A stretch of 64,000 nt of DNA, taken from an uncultured Bacilli bacterium. GTDB lineage: Bacteria > Bacillota_I > Bacilli_A > RF39 > UBA660. Below are positions 1-9,730 of this stretch, in pieces; within the stretch, counting starts at the first letter, position 1; every line of letters begins with the position of its first letter. The position numbers were made by a program, and so were the translations under genes. The DNA lies in assembly GCA_934149465.1 (NCBI GenBank), contig CAKPEZ010000005.1, forward strand, positions 12,646-76,645, written 5' to 3'. The notes beneath the pieces were generated by a model. The model was not told the origin of the DNA. It did not search any database and saw nothing but the letters and a program-made list of their open reading frames with translations.

Positions 1-1443
1 GTAACTATTTCTTTATATAGTACTTATGCTTTATTTACAAGTGAGGAAATTACTACTAATACGGCGGTAAATATGAGTGTTGGCTTTTCTTATGGATATA
101 CTACTAATGAAGTAGAATTTATTACTCTAAATGCAAAAGAAAGTAAGGAGATAAGCGTAAGTATTTCTAATACTTCTTCTAGTAGTATTAATTATAATTT
201 ATATTATGAATTAGTATCAGGAGATGAAGCTTCTTTAGAAGCAGGATATACATCTAATACAGAAAATCCTACTAGTGGAGTACTAGATGCTTCTTCAAGT
301 AAAACAGTAATGCTTGGTTTTATTAATAATAGTGATTCAGATATTATAGTAAAAGTAGGATTTACTCCTGATAATATAGTAAGTCCTAGAAAAGAATTAA
401 ATAACGAAGTTACAATAATTACTACTACTTTTGCTAGTATTTTATCTGATAAATATAATAGTAATAAAAGTACTACTCCAGTAAAAAATAATAATGTTAA
501 TTATTACTATGCTCCAAGTGAATCATTAATGCAAGATAAAGCAGGCAATATTAGATATTATGGAGCCAATCCCAATAATTATATTTACTTTAACTGTGAT
601 GATTATTCTAACCAAACAGCAGATACTTGTGAAGTATGGCGTATTATTGGAGTATTTGATGGAAAAATAAAGATAATACGTAATACTTCTATTGGAGAAT
701 ATTCTTGGGATACGTCCGCTAAGACTGTAGTTGGAGCTTATTCTGGATATGGATATAATCAGTGGGGGGAAAATGGGGGTTATCAAGGTGCCGATCTAAT
801 GAAACTTCTAAATCCTGGATATTCAGATAATAGTGACTTAAATAATAGTGGAACATCAATAAAAGTAAATAATAGTTTATATTATAATGCTGGATCAGGA
901 AACTGTTATAATAATCAAGATAATGTGACAACAACATGTGATTTTACTAAGATTGGTTTAAAAAACGATCAAACAAGAAATTTAATTTCCAAAACTTTAT
1001 ATTATTTAGGTGGTCATAACACTAATGAAGTATATTCTGGACAAATATATGAGTATGAAAGAGGAACAACATTAGGAAAAAGTCCTTATGCTTCTCCTAC
1101 TTGGGAAGGATATATAGCGCCTCCATATGCAAGTGATTATGGTTATGCAGCAGACTTTAGTAAATGTACTAAAACTTTGAATAATTATAGTGATACTTCT
1201 TGTAGTAATAATAACTGGATGAAATCAATTTTTAGTAGTAATACTCTTATTTGGTTATTACCACCTTATTCTGACAATGCCGGAAGTGTGTGGTCTATAC
1301 TTGCTTCTGTTAATGTGTATACGACTTGTAGTGTATCAGCTAAAGTTGGGGTTGTTCCTACTATTCATTTAATTCCAGAAATTAATGTAGATGAGACAAC
1401 AACTGGCAGTAGTACTGCTCCATATAAACTTATAGTAAAGTAA
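1..1443 (+). CDS. secreted/surface protein, 5' end outside window
   Basis: Frame 1 is open from base 1 to TAA 1441-1443, so the ATG at 73 is probably internal. The first residues (VTISLYSTYALFTSEEITTNT) resemble the region just after TasA/SipW-type signal peptides. The protein is Ser/Thr/Asn-rich with a C-terminal WLLPP...GVVPTIHL motif. Confidence 0.6.
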   Translation, partial: VTISLYSTYALFTSEEITTNTAVNMSVGFSYGYTTNEVEFITLNAKESKEISVSISNTSSSSINYNLYYELVSGDEASLEAGYTSNTENPTSGVLDASSSKTVMLGFINNSDSDIIVKVGFTPDNIVSPRKELNNEVTIITTTFASILSDKYNSNKSTTPVKNNNVNYYYAPSESLMQDKAGNIRYYGANPNNYIYFNCDDYSNQTADTCEVWRIIGVFDGKIKIIRNTSIGEYSWDTSAKTVVGAYSGYGYNQWGENGGYQGADLMKLLNPGYSDNSDLNNSGTSIKVNNSLYYNAGSGNCYNNQDNVTTTCDFTKIGLKNDQTRNLISKTLYYLGGHNTNEVYSGQIYEYERGTTLGKSPYASPTWEGYIAPPYASDYGYAADFSKCTKTLNNYSDTSCSNNNWMKSIFSSNTLIWLLPPYSDNAGSVWSILASVNVYTTCSVSAKVGVVPTIHLIPEINVDETTTGSSTAPYKLIVK

Positions 1444-1456
1444 ATCAAAATATTTA

Positions 1457-1497
1457 AAAAGAAACTTCTTATTAATTTAAGCAGTTTCTTTTTAGTT
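1457..1497. terminator. bidirectional hairpin terminator between convergent genes
   Basis: AAAAGAAACT (1457-1466) pairs with AGTTTCTTTT (1483-1492). A/T runs flank it on both sides. Confidence 0.5.
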
Positions 1498-1591
1498 TAT
1501 CTATTTAATATAGATTATCTTAGTATTAAAAAATTTTTAATAGATAAGGAATTCCTTTAAATCAAAAAAACTTAAAAATTTTACATTTTGA

Positions 1592-1900
1592 TTACTTTGT
1601 AATATTTCTTACTTTCTTTTTGAGACAAGTTCCTTCTGTTTTATAAAGAGCTACGGCAGTTATATTAGGCAGATTATTTAAATATCTATTAAGTAAATCT
1701 TCTATTGATATGAATTTTGGAATATCATTTTCATCCATTATTGGATCACATTCTGCAAGACCTATCATAAAGCCTTCTATAGTTTTACAAAAAGCTCCTA
1801 TTTTATAACTTTTATCTTTATAAAAATATATAATCCTATATCCATCTTCAAAAGCATTTCCCTGTCTATCATATTGTAATTCTTTTTTATTTATTTTCAT
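1592..1900 (-). CDS. hypothetical protein (102 aa)
   Basis: Intact ORF with a GGAG-type SD (reverse complement of ...ATATAAGGAGATTTATATG) upstream. No recognisable motif. Confidence 0.5.
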   Translation of the reverse strand: MKINKKELQYDRQGNAFEDGYRIIYFYKDKSYKIGAFCKTIEGFMIGLAECDPIMDENDIPKFISIEDLLNRYLNNLPNITAVALYKTEGTCLKKKVRNITK

Positions 1901-2061
1901 ATAAATCTCCTTATATAATTATATTGTGTTATTTGATATTTATTTTGTTTTTTAAATTTCTATATTCATAATTATAACATCATATTATAATTTTTTTAAA
2001 ATATTAATATTGGTATTTACATTTTTTATGTGGGTTTGCCCTAAATCAAATAAAAAAAATC

Positions 2062-2090
2062 TTGTATTTAGGAAATTACTGTGCTATAAT
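2062..2090 (+). promoter_or_regulatory. sigma-A type promoter of typA
   Basis: TTGTAT (2062-2067), 17-nt spacer, TATAAT (2085-2090), with a TGC extended -10. Confidence 0.45.
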
Positions 2091-2121
2091 AGGTCGGTAT
2101 TAAAAAAAGGGAAGTGAACTT

Positions 2122-3933
2122 ATGAATATAAGAAATGTTGCAATAATTGCCCACGTCGATCATGGAAAGACTACTTTAGTAGATCAATTATTAAAAAAAT
2201 CAGGTACTTTTCGTGATAATGAACAAGTTGATGAAAGAGCAATGGATTCTAATGATATTGAAAGAGAACGTGGTATTACTATTTTAGCTAAAACTACTGC
2301 AATTAATTATAAAGGATATCGTATTAATATTCTAGATACTCCAGGACATGCTGATTTTGGTGGAGAAGTTGAAAGAATAATGAACATGGTAGATGGTGTT
2401 TTACTTGTAGTAGATGCTTATGAGGGTACTATGCCTCAGACTAGATTTGTTTTAAAGAAAGCTTTAGAAGCTAATGTAAAGCCTATTGTTGTTATTAATA
2501 AAGTGGATAAACCTACTGCTAGAGTTAAAAAAGTATTAGATGAAGTTATTGATTTATTTATTGAACTTGGTGCTAATGATGATCAATTAGATTTTAAGGT
2601 GGCATATGTTTCTGCTTTAAATGGTACTTGTAGTTTAGATCCAGAGATAACTACTCAAGGAGAAAGCTATGATGGTCTTTTTGATTTAATTATTAATGAA
2701 ATACCTGCTCCTGATGTTAATAAAGATGCTCCTCTTCAATTTCAACCAGCTTTACTTGATTATAATGATTATGTAGGAAGAATTGGTATTGGTAGAGTAA
2801 AATCAGGAAAAATTAAAGTTAATGAAATGGTTAGCTGTATTAGATTAGATGGTACTATTACTAAGTTTAGAATTCAAAAATTATTTGGTTATTTAGGACT
2901 TAAGAGAATTGAAGTTGATGAAGCTGATGCTGGTGATATAGTAGCAATCGCTGGTCTTCCAGATATTTCAGTTGGAGAGACTGTTTGTGATATTGGCAAA
3001 GAAGAAGCACTTCCTCCTCTTAGAATAGATGAACCTACTTTACAAATGACTTTTATGACTAATGATAGTCCTTTTGTTGGAAAAGATGGTAAGTTATTAA
3101 CTGCAAGAAAAATAGAAGAACGTTTATTAAAAGAAACTCAAAAGGATGTAAGTCTTAGAGTTAAAAATGCTTCTAATGATTCTTGGGTAGTTTCTGGAAG
3201 AGGAGAACTTCATTTATCTATTTTAATTGAAAATATGCGTAGAGAAGGATATGAACTTCAAGTATCTAAGCCAGAAGTTATTATTAAAGAAGTTGATGGA
3301 GTTAAATGTGAGCCTTATGAAAGTTTACAAATTGAAGTTAAAGAAGATTCAGTAGGACCTGTAATAGAAGCTCTTGGGACAAGAGGCGCTATTATGGATA
3401 ATATGACTAACTTTGAAAATATGATTAGACTTAATTATACTATTCCATCTCGTGGTTTAATTGGCTTTATGACTGATTTTATGACAATGACTAAAGGATA
3501 TGGAATAATTAACCATTCTTTTAAAGAATATCTTCCTTTTAAGGATATTGCTATTGGTGAAAGAAAGCTTGGTGTTCTTGTTTCTATGGAAAATGGTAAA
3601 GCATCTGCTTATGGAATTGGACAAATAGAAGATCGTGGTACTTTGTTTGTTTTACCTGGTGAAGAAGTATATGAAGGAATGATCGTTGGAGAACATACTC
3701 GTGATAATGATTTAGCAGTTAATATTGTTAAAGGAAAGCAATTAACTAATACAAGAGCTGCTGGAAGTGATCATACAGTGGTACTTAAATCTCCTCGTAA
3801 GCTTACTTTAGAATATTGTTTAGATTATATTAATAAAGATGAATTAGTAGAGATTACTCCTAATCATATTCGTCTTAGAAAAGCTATTCTAAATACAGAA
3901 GCTCGTAAGAAATTTGATAGTAAAAATAAATAA
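2122..3933 (+). CDS. typA: translational GTPase TypA/BipA
   Basis: N-terminal G domain ([27 protein letters not shown]). The full-length 603-aa layout is typical of BipA. Confidence 0.95.
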   Translation: MNIRNVAIIAHVDHGKTTLVDQLLKKSGTFRDNEQVDERAMDSNDIERERGITILAKTTAINYKGYRINILDTPGHADFGGEVERIMNMVDGVLLVVDAYEGTMPQTRFVLKKALEANVKPIVVINKVDKPTARVKKVLDEVIDLFIELGANDDQLDFKVAYVSALNGTCSLDPEITTQGESYDGLFDLIINEIPAPDVNKDAPLQFQPALLDYNDYVGRIGIGRVKSGKIKVNEMVSCIRLDGTITKFRIQKLFGYLGLKRIEVDEADAGDIVAIAGLPDISVGETVCDIGKEEALPPLRIDEPTLQMTFMTNDSPFVGKDGKLLTARKIEERLLKETQKDVSLRVKNASNDSWVVSGRGELHLSILIENMRREGYELQVSKPEVIIKEVDGVKCEPYESLQIEVKEDSVGPVIEALGTRGAIMDNMTNFENMIRLNYTIPSRGLIGFMTDFMTMTKGYGIINHSFKEYLPFKDIAIGERKLGVLVSMENGKASAYGIGQIEDRGTLFVLPGEEVYEGMIVGEHTRDNDLAVNIVKGKQLTNTRAAGSDHTVVLKSPRKLTLEYCLDYINKDELVEITPNHIRLRKAILNTEARKKFDSKNK

Positions 3934-3972
3934 GAAAGTAAATTATGAAAGTAGTTTTACTTTCTTATTTTT
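3933..3972 (+). terminator. rho-independent terminator after typA
   Basis: AGAAAGTAAA (3933-3942) pairs with TTTACTTTCT (3956-3965), followed by TATTTTT. Confidence 0.6.
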
Positions 3973-4005
3973 AGTCTAATTAACGTCAAAAATAAGAATG
4001 TATCC

Positions 4006-4034
4006 TTGTTAATAATTATAAAATATAATATAAT
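4006..4034 (+). promoter_or_regulatory. sigma-A type promoter of murF-murE
   Basis: TTGTTA (4006-4011), 17-nt spacer, TATAAT (4029-4034). Confidence 0.45.
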
Positions 4035-4056
4035 GAAGTAAAAGGAAGTGAAATAA

Positions 4057-5649
4057 ATGTTTTATTTTTTAATTACTCTAATACCTTATATAATGTATCT
4101 TATCTTAAAGTATCGTAGATCTTTCTATATGCTTCAGCAGAATTCTTATAATGTAAGTAATCGCTATGGAAAATGGATATTCAGAAATATTAAAAAAGTA
4201 TTTTTAAATTATGATTTATTCTTTATTATTTTAATTATTTTATATCCTTATATAAATCATAACTTTTATATGTTTTTTATGGCTATTTTCTATTTTGGAT
4301 TATTCTATTTAGAACTTAAGAATATCAAGAAAGATCAAAATAAAAAGCCGTTTGCTATTACTAAAAGAATTAAACGTTTAACTATTACGACTTTATTACT
4401 TTTTGGAATAGTACTTCTTTTAATATTTATTAACTTTAACTTAGACAAAAACTTATTAAGATATTATATTTATTTATTTGTATATTGTTATTTAGGATAT
4501 TTTATTACTTATTTAGCTAATATTATTAATTATCCAGTTGAAAGAATGGTTTATTATTATTATTATTATAAAGCTGTTAATAAGCTTAATAGCATGCCTA
4601 ATTTAGTTAAGATTGGAATTACTGGTAGTTATGGCAAAACTACTAGTAAGAATATCTTAAATACGATTTTAAATATTAAATTTAATTCGTTTGCTACTAA
4701 GAAAAGCTTAAATACTCCATATGGTCTTATGACTAGTATTAATAATGATTTAGATAAATTTGATGATGTATTTATTGCTGAAATGGGAGCATGTAAGAAA
4801 AATGATATAAAAGAATTATGTGATTTAGTTCATCCACAATATGGAATAATTACTAAAATAGGACTTGCTCATTTAGAAACATTTAAAACTATTGAAAATA
4901 CTATTAGTACTAAGTTTGAGTTAGTTGAAGCTTTACCTAGAAATGGGGTTGCTATTTTAAATAAAGATGATCCTAATCAAAGGAAATATCATATTAAGAA
5001 TAACTGCAAAGTAAAATGGATTGCGATTGATAATGATGCAGATATAAGAGCACTTAATATTAAACAAAGCAATAAAGGAATGAATTTTGATATCTTATTA
5101 GAGGGAAAAAATTATAATTTTGAAACTCCTTTATTAGGAAGAGCTAATATTTATAATATTTTAGCAGGAATTTATCTTGGATATTATCTTGGTATAGAAA
5201 TTAAGGACTTACAAATTGCAGTAAAGATGCTAAGACCGACAGAACATAGATTAGAACTTAAAAAGATGGGTGATATTACTATTATTGATGATGCTTTTAA
5301 TTCTAATCCGGAAGGATCTAAAATGGCTTTAGAAGTTCTTGATTTAATGGAAGGAACTAAAGTAGTAGTAACTCCAGGAATGATTGAACTTGGGAAAGAA
5401 GAATATAATTTAAATAGAAACTTTGGAAAAGAGATAAGTAAAGTAGCAGATTATGTTATTTTAGTCGGCGAAAAACAAACTAAACCTATTTATGATGGCT
5501 TAATTTCAGCTAAATTTTCTAAAGATAAAATAATTGTAATTAATGATGTTAAAAAGTCTTTTTCTCTTATTAGAGATTTTAAAGAAAAAGATAAAGAGTT
5601 ATATGCTTTACTTGAAAATGATTTACCTGATATATTTAATGAGAAGTAG
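4057..5649 (+). CDS. murF: UDP-MurNAc-tripeptide--D-Ala-D-Ala ligase (MurF) with an N-terminal multi-pass membrane region
   Basis: Mur-ligase P-loop GITGSYGKTTSK and the C-terminal DDAFNSNPEGS motif typical of MurF. Residues 1 to about 170 are hydrophobic helices instead of the usual soluble N domain. Confidence 0.8.
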   Translation: MFYFLITLIPYIMYLILKYRRSFYMLQQNSYNVSNRYGKWIFRNIKKVFLNYDLFFIILIILYPYINHNFYMFFMAIFYFGLFYLELKNIKKDQNKKPFAITKRIKRLTITTLLLFGIVLLLIFINFNLDKNLLRYYIYLFVYCYLGYFITYLANIINYPVERMVYYYYYYKAVNKLNSMPNLVKIGITGSYGKTTSKNILNTILNIKFNSFATKKSLNTPYGLMTSINNDLDKFDDVFIAEMGACKKNDIKELCDLVHPQYGIITKIGLAHLETFKTIENTISTKFELVEALPRNGVAILNKDDPNQRKYHIKNNCKVKWIAIDNDADIRALNIKQSNKGMNFDILLEGKNYNFETPLLGRANIYNILAGIYLGYYLGIEIKDLQIAVKMLRPTEHRLELKKMGDITIIDDAFNSNPEGSKMALEVLDLMEGTKVVVTPGMIELGKEEYNLNRNFGKEISKVADYVILVGEKQTKPIYDGLISAKFSKDKIIVINDVKKSFSLIRDFKEKDKELYALLENDLPDIFNEK

Positions 5650-5657
5650 GAGGATTT

Positions 5658-7025
5658 ATGATTAGAACGGATTCGAGATTAGTTACTAAAGGTGATACTT
5701 TTATTGCTTTAAGAGGCCTTGGTAGTGATGGACATTCTTATATAGAAAGCGCGATTAAAAATGGAGCAGATAAAATTATTTGCGAAGAAGGGAATTATTC
5801 TGTTTCAACTATAATAGTTCCTGATACTAGGAAGTATTTAGCTTCTTATCTAAAAGATAAAGATAAAACTATATTAGAAGGAATAACTTTTATTGGAATA
5901 ACTGGTACTAATGGAAAAACTACTTCTGCTTATTTAACTTCTCAAATATTAAATAAATTAGGTTCTTTCTCTGCTTACATAGGTACTATTGGATTTTATA
6001 TAAATAATAAATTAGTAAGAGAGCTAAATAATACTACTCCTGATTTAATAGAATTATATGAAATGTTTGAAGAAGCCGCAAATCAAAAAGTTAAAAATAT
6101 TGTTATGGAAGTTAGTAGTCATGCTATTGAACTTGGAAGAATTCTTGGAATAAAGTTTGACATAGTAGCATTTACTAACTTAACTCAAGATCATTTAGAT
6201 TTTCATAAAACTATGGAAAACTATATGAATGCTAAAATAAAACTTTTTAGAGAAGATTATTTAAAAGATGGAGGATATGCTGTTATTAATAGTGATGATC
6301 CCCATTATCAAAATTTTATGTTAGCAAAAAATAATAACGTAACGTATGGCTTTAAAGAAAATGCTGATTATAGGGTAGTTAAATATGAATTATTTTTAGA
6401 TAAAAGTAAAATAGTTTTAAATGATGATTATCATATTACACTACCAATACCAGGAAAATATAATATTTATAATTACTTATTATCTTTAATAATATCTTTA
6501 AAAGTGGGTTATTCTTTAGATGAGATAATAAAAATAACTTCTTCTTTAGTAGCGCCTCCTGGTAGATTTGAAGTAGTAAAATATAAAACTAATACTATTG
6601 TTATAGATTATGCTCATACGCCAGATGGTGTATTAAATATTATTAAATCTGCTTTAGAATATAAAAAGGGTAAAATTATTACTATTATTGGTTGTGGTGG
6701 AGATCGTGATAAAACTAAAAGACCTATAATGGGTTCAATAGCATCATCAAATTCAGATTATACAATCTTTACTGATGATAATCCTAGAACCGAAGACGAA
6801 AAAGAAATAATGAAAGATATTCTAGAAGGTGTAACTAATAAAAATTATGAAGTTATTTATGATAGAATAGGCGCTATTCATAAAGGAATTGACTTGCTTA
6901 AAGAAAATGATATTCTATTAATACTAGGAAAAGGCCATGAAAATTATCAAATTATTGGTACAGTTAAACATCATTTAGACGATAAAGAGGAAGTAGTAAA
7001 TTACTTAAAAGAAAAATATGAATAA
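5658..7025 (+). CDS. murE: UDP-MurNAc-L-Ala-D-Glu--2,6-diaminopimelate ligase (MurE)
   Basis: GITGTNGKTT P-loop, DSRLVTKGDTFIAL N terminus, GCGGDRDKTKRP, and a DNPR motif (6777-6788) associated with meso-DAP-adding enzymes. Confidence 0.9.
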   Translation: MIRTDSRLVTKGDTFIALRGLGSDGHSYIESAIKNGADKIICEEGNYSVSTIIVPDTRKYLASYLKDKDKTILEGITFIGITGTNGKTTSAYLTSQILNKLGSFSAYIGTIGFYINNKLVRELNNTTPDLIELYEMFEEAANQKVKNIVMEVSSHAIELGRILGIKFDIVAFTNLTQDHLDFHKTMENYMNAKIKLFREDYLKDGGYAVINSDDPHYQNFMLAKNNNVTYGFKENADYRVVKYELFLDKSKIVLNDDYHITLPIPGKYNIYNYLLSLIISLKVGYSLDEIIKITSSLVAPPGRFEVVKYKTNTIVIDYAHTPDGVLNIIKSALEYKKGKIITIIGCGGDRDKTKRPIMGSIASSNSDYTIFTDDNPRTEDEKEIMKDILEGVTNKNYEVIYDRIGAIHKGIDLLKENDILLILGKGHENYQIIGTVKHHLDDKEEVVNYLKEKYE

Positions 7026-7188
7026 TAATATAAATATCAAAGAAGAATTATTAATTAGGAAGGCTATTTTACAAGCTCTTTCTAATTTGTCGTTTGAAGA
7101 AATTATTCCAACAAAGGAAGAAGTAGATGATGTAACTAAGAAAATTAGGAGGAAAATAAGAAAAGAAGGTGTGAGAAATGGAAGATAG
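7018..7188 (+). CDS. small VbhA/FicA-like antitoxin candidate (56 aa), absent from the ORF track
   Basis: ATG 7018 overlaps the last murE codons, and TAG 7186-7188 overlaps the fic start by 11 nt. The translation MNNNINIKEELLIRKAILQALSNLSFEEIIPTKEEVDDVTKKIRRKIRKEGVRNGR aligns by eye to the VbhA inhibitory helix (A-x-A-S-x-x-L-E-G-L). The Glu is retained, but the motif is divergent (NLSFEE). Confidence 0.55.
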   Translation: MNNNINIKEELLIRKAILQALSNLSFEEIIPTKEEVDDVTKKIRRKIRKEGVRNGR

Positions 7189-7810
7189 ATGGAATGACTA
7201 TTTAGATAGTGAAAATGCTATTTTAAAAAACAAACTTGGTTTTTCTGGAGAAAAAGATAGAGATTCTCTTTCTAAGGCGGAAAGAAAAATTAGTTTAGAA
7301 AAATTATCTTTACTTTATTTAAATCCTATTGATGGTGCTTTGGATGCTGAACACTTAAAGAAGATTCATCGTTTTATATTTGAAGATATATATCCTTTTG
7401 CTGGTGAGTACCGTGAAGTTGATATAGAAAAAAATCACTTTTCTTTTAGAAGTTACAAAACGATAGAGCCAAGACTAGAAGCTACTTTAAAATTAATGCA
7501 AGATGAAATAAAGAATGTTCATAGCGTTTTTGGATATGCATACTTTTTAGCGGGATATTATAATGAATTAATTATAATTCATCCTTTTAGAGAAGGTAAT
7601 GGTAGGAGTATTCGAGAATTTTTTCGAGAGTTTGTTTTAAAGATGAATGATAAAACAGATTTTGAAGATGTTGAACTTGATTTTACTAAAATGAACAAAG
7701 AACGTTTATTACTTGGAACTACAGATCGTTATTTATATCCTGGCTATTTAGAGATGGAATTTACAAATGGGTTAGTTCCTGTTACTAAGAAAGACATTAA
7801 GAAATTATAG
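7178..7810 (+). CDS. fic: Fic (Fido) domain protein, probable AMP-transferase toxin
   Basis: Canonical active-site motif HPFREGNGRSIR (7580-7615). Also an LKNKLG N-terminal motif and the GAAGGTG SD upstream. Confidence 0.9.
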   Translation: MEDRWNDYLDSENAILKNKLGFSGEKDRDSLSKAERKISLEKLSLLYLNPIDGALDAEHLKKIHRFIFEDIYPFAGEYREVDIEKNHFSFRSYKTIEPRLEATLKLMQDEIKNVHSVFGYAYFLAGYYNELIIIHPFREGNGRSIREFFREFVLKMNDKTDFEDVELDFTKMNKERLLLGTTDRYLYPGYLEMEFTNGLVPVTKKDIKKL

Positions 7811-7867
7811 TCTTTCTTTTTTATAAAAATATTTATGTTAAAAAAAGAAAAAAATGTATAAATATAC

Positions 7868-7896
7868 TTGCAATTAATAGAATTATCTAGTATAAT
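7868..7896 (+). promoter_or_regulatory. sigma-A type promoter of the S10 operon
   Basis: TTGCAA (7868-7873), 17-nt spacer, TATAAT (7891-7896). Confidence 0.55.
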
Positions 7897-8031
7897 TAGC
7901 TTTGTGTGGCATGCTTAGATGTGCAAGGTTGTCGATACGCCAGGTTAAGTTGAACTTTCATAACAAGGTGTAACCGGGTTATTTGCACGGAGCAAGTCTA
8001 TACTAGATATAGGCGAAGGGAGGACAATGAA
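7897..8031 (+). promoter_or_regulatory. structured 5' leader of the S10 operon (candidate r-protein autoregulatory element)
   Basis: Locally GC-rich. Nested helices: GTGCAA 7921-7926 pairs with TTGCAC 7983-7988, and CCAGGTTA 7940-7947 pairs with TAACCGGG 7971-7978 (7 of 8). Confidence 0.35.
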
Positions 8032-8340
8032 ATGTCAAAAAATACAGTACGTATCAGATTAAAAGCGTATGAACATCGTGTTTTGGATAAGGCAGCTTCA
8101 AAAATTGTCGAAACTGTAAAGAGGACAGGCGGAGAAGTTAGTGGTCCAGTACCATTACCAACTGAAATTCAAAAATATACAATTTTAAGAGCAGTTCATA
8201 AATATAAAGATTCACGTGAACAATATGAAATGCGTACACATAAAAGATTAATTGATATCAACAATCCTAGTAAAGAAACAATTGATGCTTTAAGTCATTT
8301 AGATTTACCTAGTGGTGTTGAAATAGAAATTAAATTATAG
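8032..8340 (+). CDS. rpsJ: 30S ribosomal protein S10
   Basis: Translation ([12 protein letters not shown]...) and its position at the head of the S10 cluster. Confidence 0.97.
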   Translation: MSKNTVRIRLKAYEHRVLDKAASKIVETVKRTGGEVSGPVPLPTEIQKYTILRAVHKYKDSREQYEMRTHKRLIDINNPSKETIDALSHLDLPSGVEIEIKL

Positions 8341-8349
8341 GAGGAAAAT

Positions 8350-9048
8350 ATGAAAGGAATCTTAGGTCGTAAGATTGGTATGACTAGTGTCTTTAATAAA
8401 AAAGGAAAATTAATTCCTGTTACAGTTATTGAAGTTACACCAAATGTTGTATCACAAGTTAAGACAAAGGAAACAGACGGTTATGATGCAATTCAACTTG
8501 CTTTCGGTGATAAGAGAGAAAAGCTTGCTAATAAACCAGAAACAGGTCATTTAAAGAAAGCTAATACTTCACCTAAGCGCTTCTTAAAAGAACTTAGAGG
8601 TGTGTTAGCTACTGATTATAGCCTTGGACAAGAAATTAAGGCTGATATTTTTACTGAAGGAGAAATGGTTGATGTAACCGGAACTTCTAAAGGTAAAGGA
8701 ACACAAGGGGTTATAAAACGTTATAATCAAACTCGTGGACCAATGGGACATGGTAGCCAATACCATCGTGGTGTAGGTTCTCTAGGAACAATGTTACCAA
8801 TGCGTGTTCTTCCAGGTAAGAAGATGCCAGGACGTATGGGTAATGAAAAAGTTACTGTTCAAAATCTTGAAGTTATTTCAATTGATTTAGAAAACAATGT
8901 TATCTTAATTAAAGGAAATGTTCCAGGACCTAAAAATTCATTAGTTGTTATTAAAACTTCAGTAAAAAATCCTAATGTCGTTAATGACAAGGAAGATTTA
9001 CTAACTTATGTAGCAAGTGCTAATGAAGAAGTATCATCACAAGAATAA
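8350..9048 (+). CDS. rplC: 50S ribosomal protein L3
   Basis: [12 protein letters not shown]... is typical L3. It has a short acidic C-terminal extension. Confidence 0.97.
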   Translation: MKGILGRKIGMTSVFNKKGKLIPVTVIEVTPNVVSQVKTKETDGYDAIQLAFGDKREKLANKPETGHLKKANTSPKRFLKELRGVLATDYSLGQEIKADIFTEGEMVDVTGTSKGKGTQGVIKRYNQTRGPMGHGSQYHRGVGSLGTMLPMRVLPGKKMPGRMGNEKVTVQNLEVISIDLENNVILIKGNVPGPKNSLVVIKTSVKNPNVVNDKEDLLTYVASANEEVSSQE

Positions 9049-9097
9049 TTTAAAATTATATTATTAAAAAAGTTTGTGATGAAAGGAGGAAACTAAG

Positions 9098-9730
9098 ATG
9101 TCTAAAATAGAGATCATTAATGTAAATGGTGAAAAAGTAAAGAATATTAATTTAAAAGATAACGTTTTTATAAAAGAACCTAATGATGCAGTATTACATA
9201 ATGCTATTATACTTGCACAAGCATCATTAAGACAAGGTACTCACGCTACAAAAACTAGAAGTGAAGTATCAGGCGGTGGCCGTAAACCTTGGAAGCAAAA
9301 AGGAACTGGTAATGCTCGTCAAGGTAGTATAAGAGCTACTCAGTGGAGAGGCGGAGGAATTGTTTTCGGACCACAACCTCGTGACTACTCTAAGAAAATG
9401 AATAAAAAGGAAAGAAAGTTAGCATTAAAATCTGCTCTTGCATATAAGGCAATTAATAAAGAAATAGTAGTAGTTGATAAAATTGCTATCGAAAATGCTA
9501 AAACTAAAGAAATGGCTAATATCTTAGCTAAATTAAATATTGCTGATAAAAAGGTATTAGTTGTTATTGAAACAATAGATGAAAAGTTATATTTAGCAGC
9601 ACGTAATATTGCAAATATCAAAGTAGTTCTTCCTAGTGAAGTTAATACATTAGATGTTATGACTGCTGATGTAATGTTATTTGAGGAAAAAGCCTTAGAA
9701 AAGGTTGAGGAGGTGCTTGGTAATGAGTAA
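9098..9730 (+). CDS. rplD: 50S ribosomal protein L4
   Basis: Translation (GGGRKPWKQKGTGNARQGS) and operon order. Confidence 0.97.
   Translation: MSKIEIINVNGEKVKNINLKDNVFIKEPNDAVLHNAIILAQASLRQGTHATKTRSEVSGGGRKPWKQKGTGNARQGSIRATQWRGGGIVFGPQPRDYSKKMNKKERKLALKSALAYKAINKEIVVVDKIAIENAKTKEMANILAKLNIADKKVLVVIETIDEKLYLAARNIANIKVVLPSEVNTLDVMTADVMLFEEKALEKVEEVLGNE

Noticed and set aside
526-937. Two minus-strand ORFs (526-786, 719-937) inside the first gene
   Set aside because: They are antisense to a long open frame with a coherent secreted-protein sequence, have no SD, and overlap each other.
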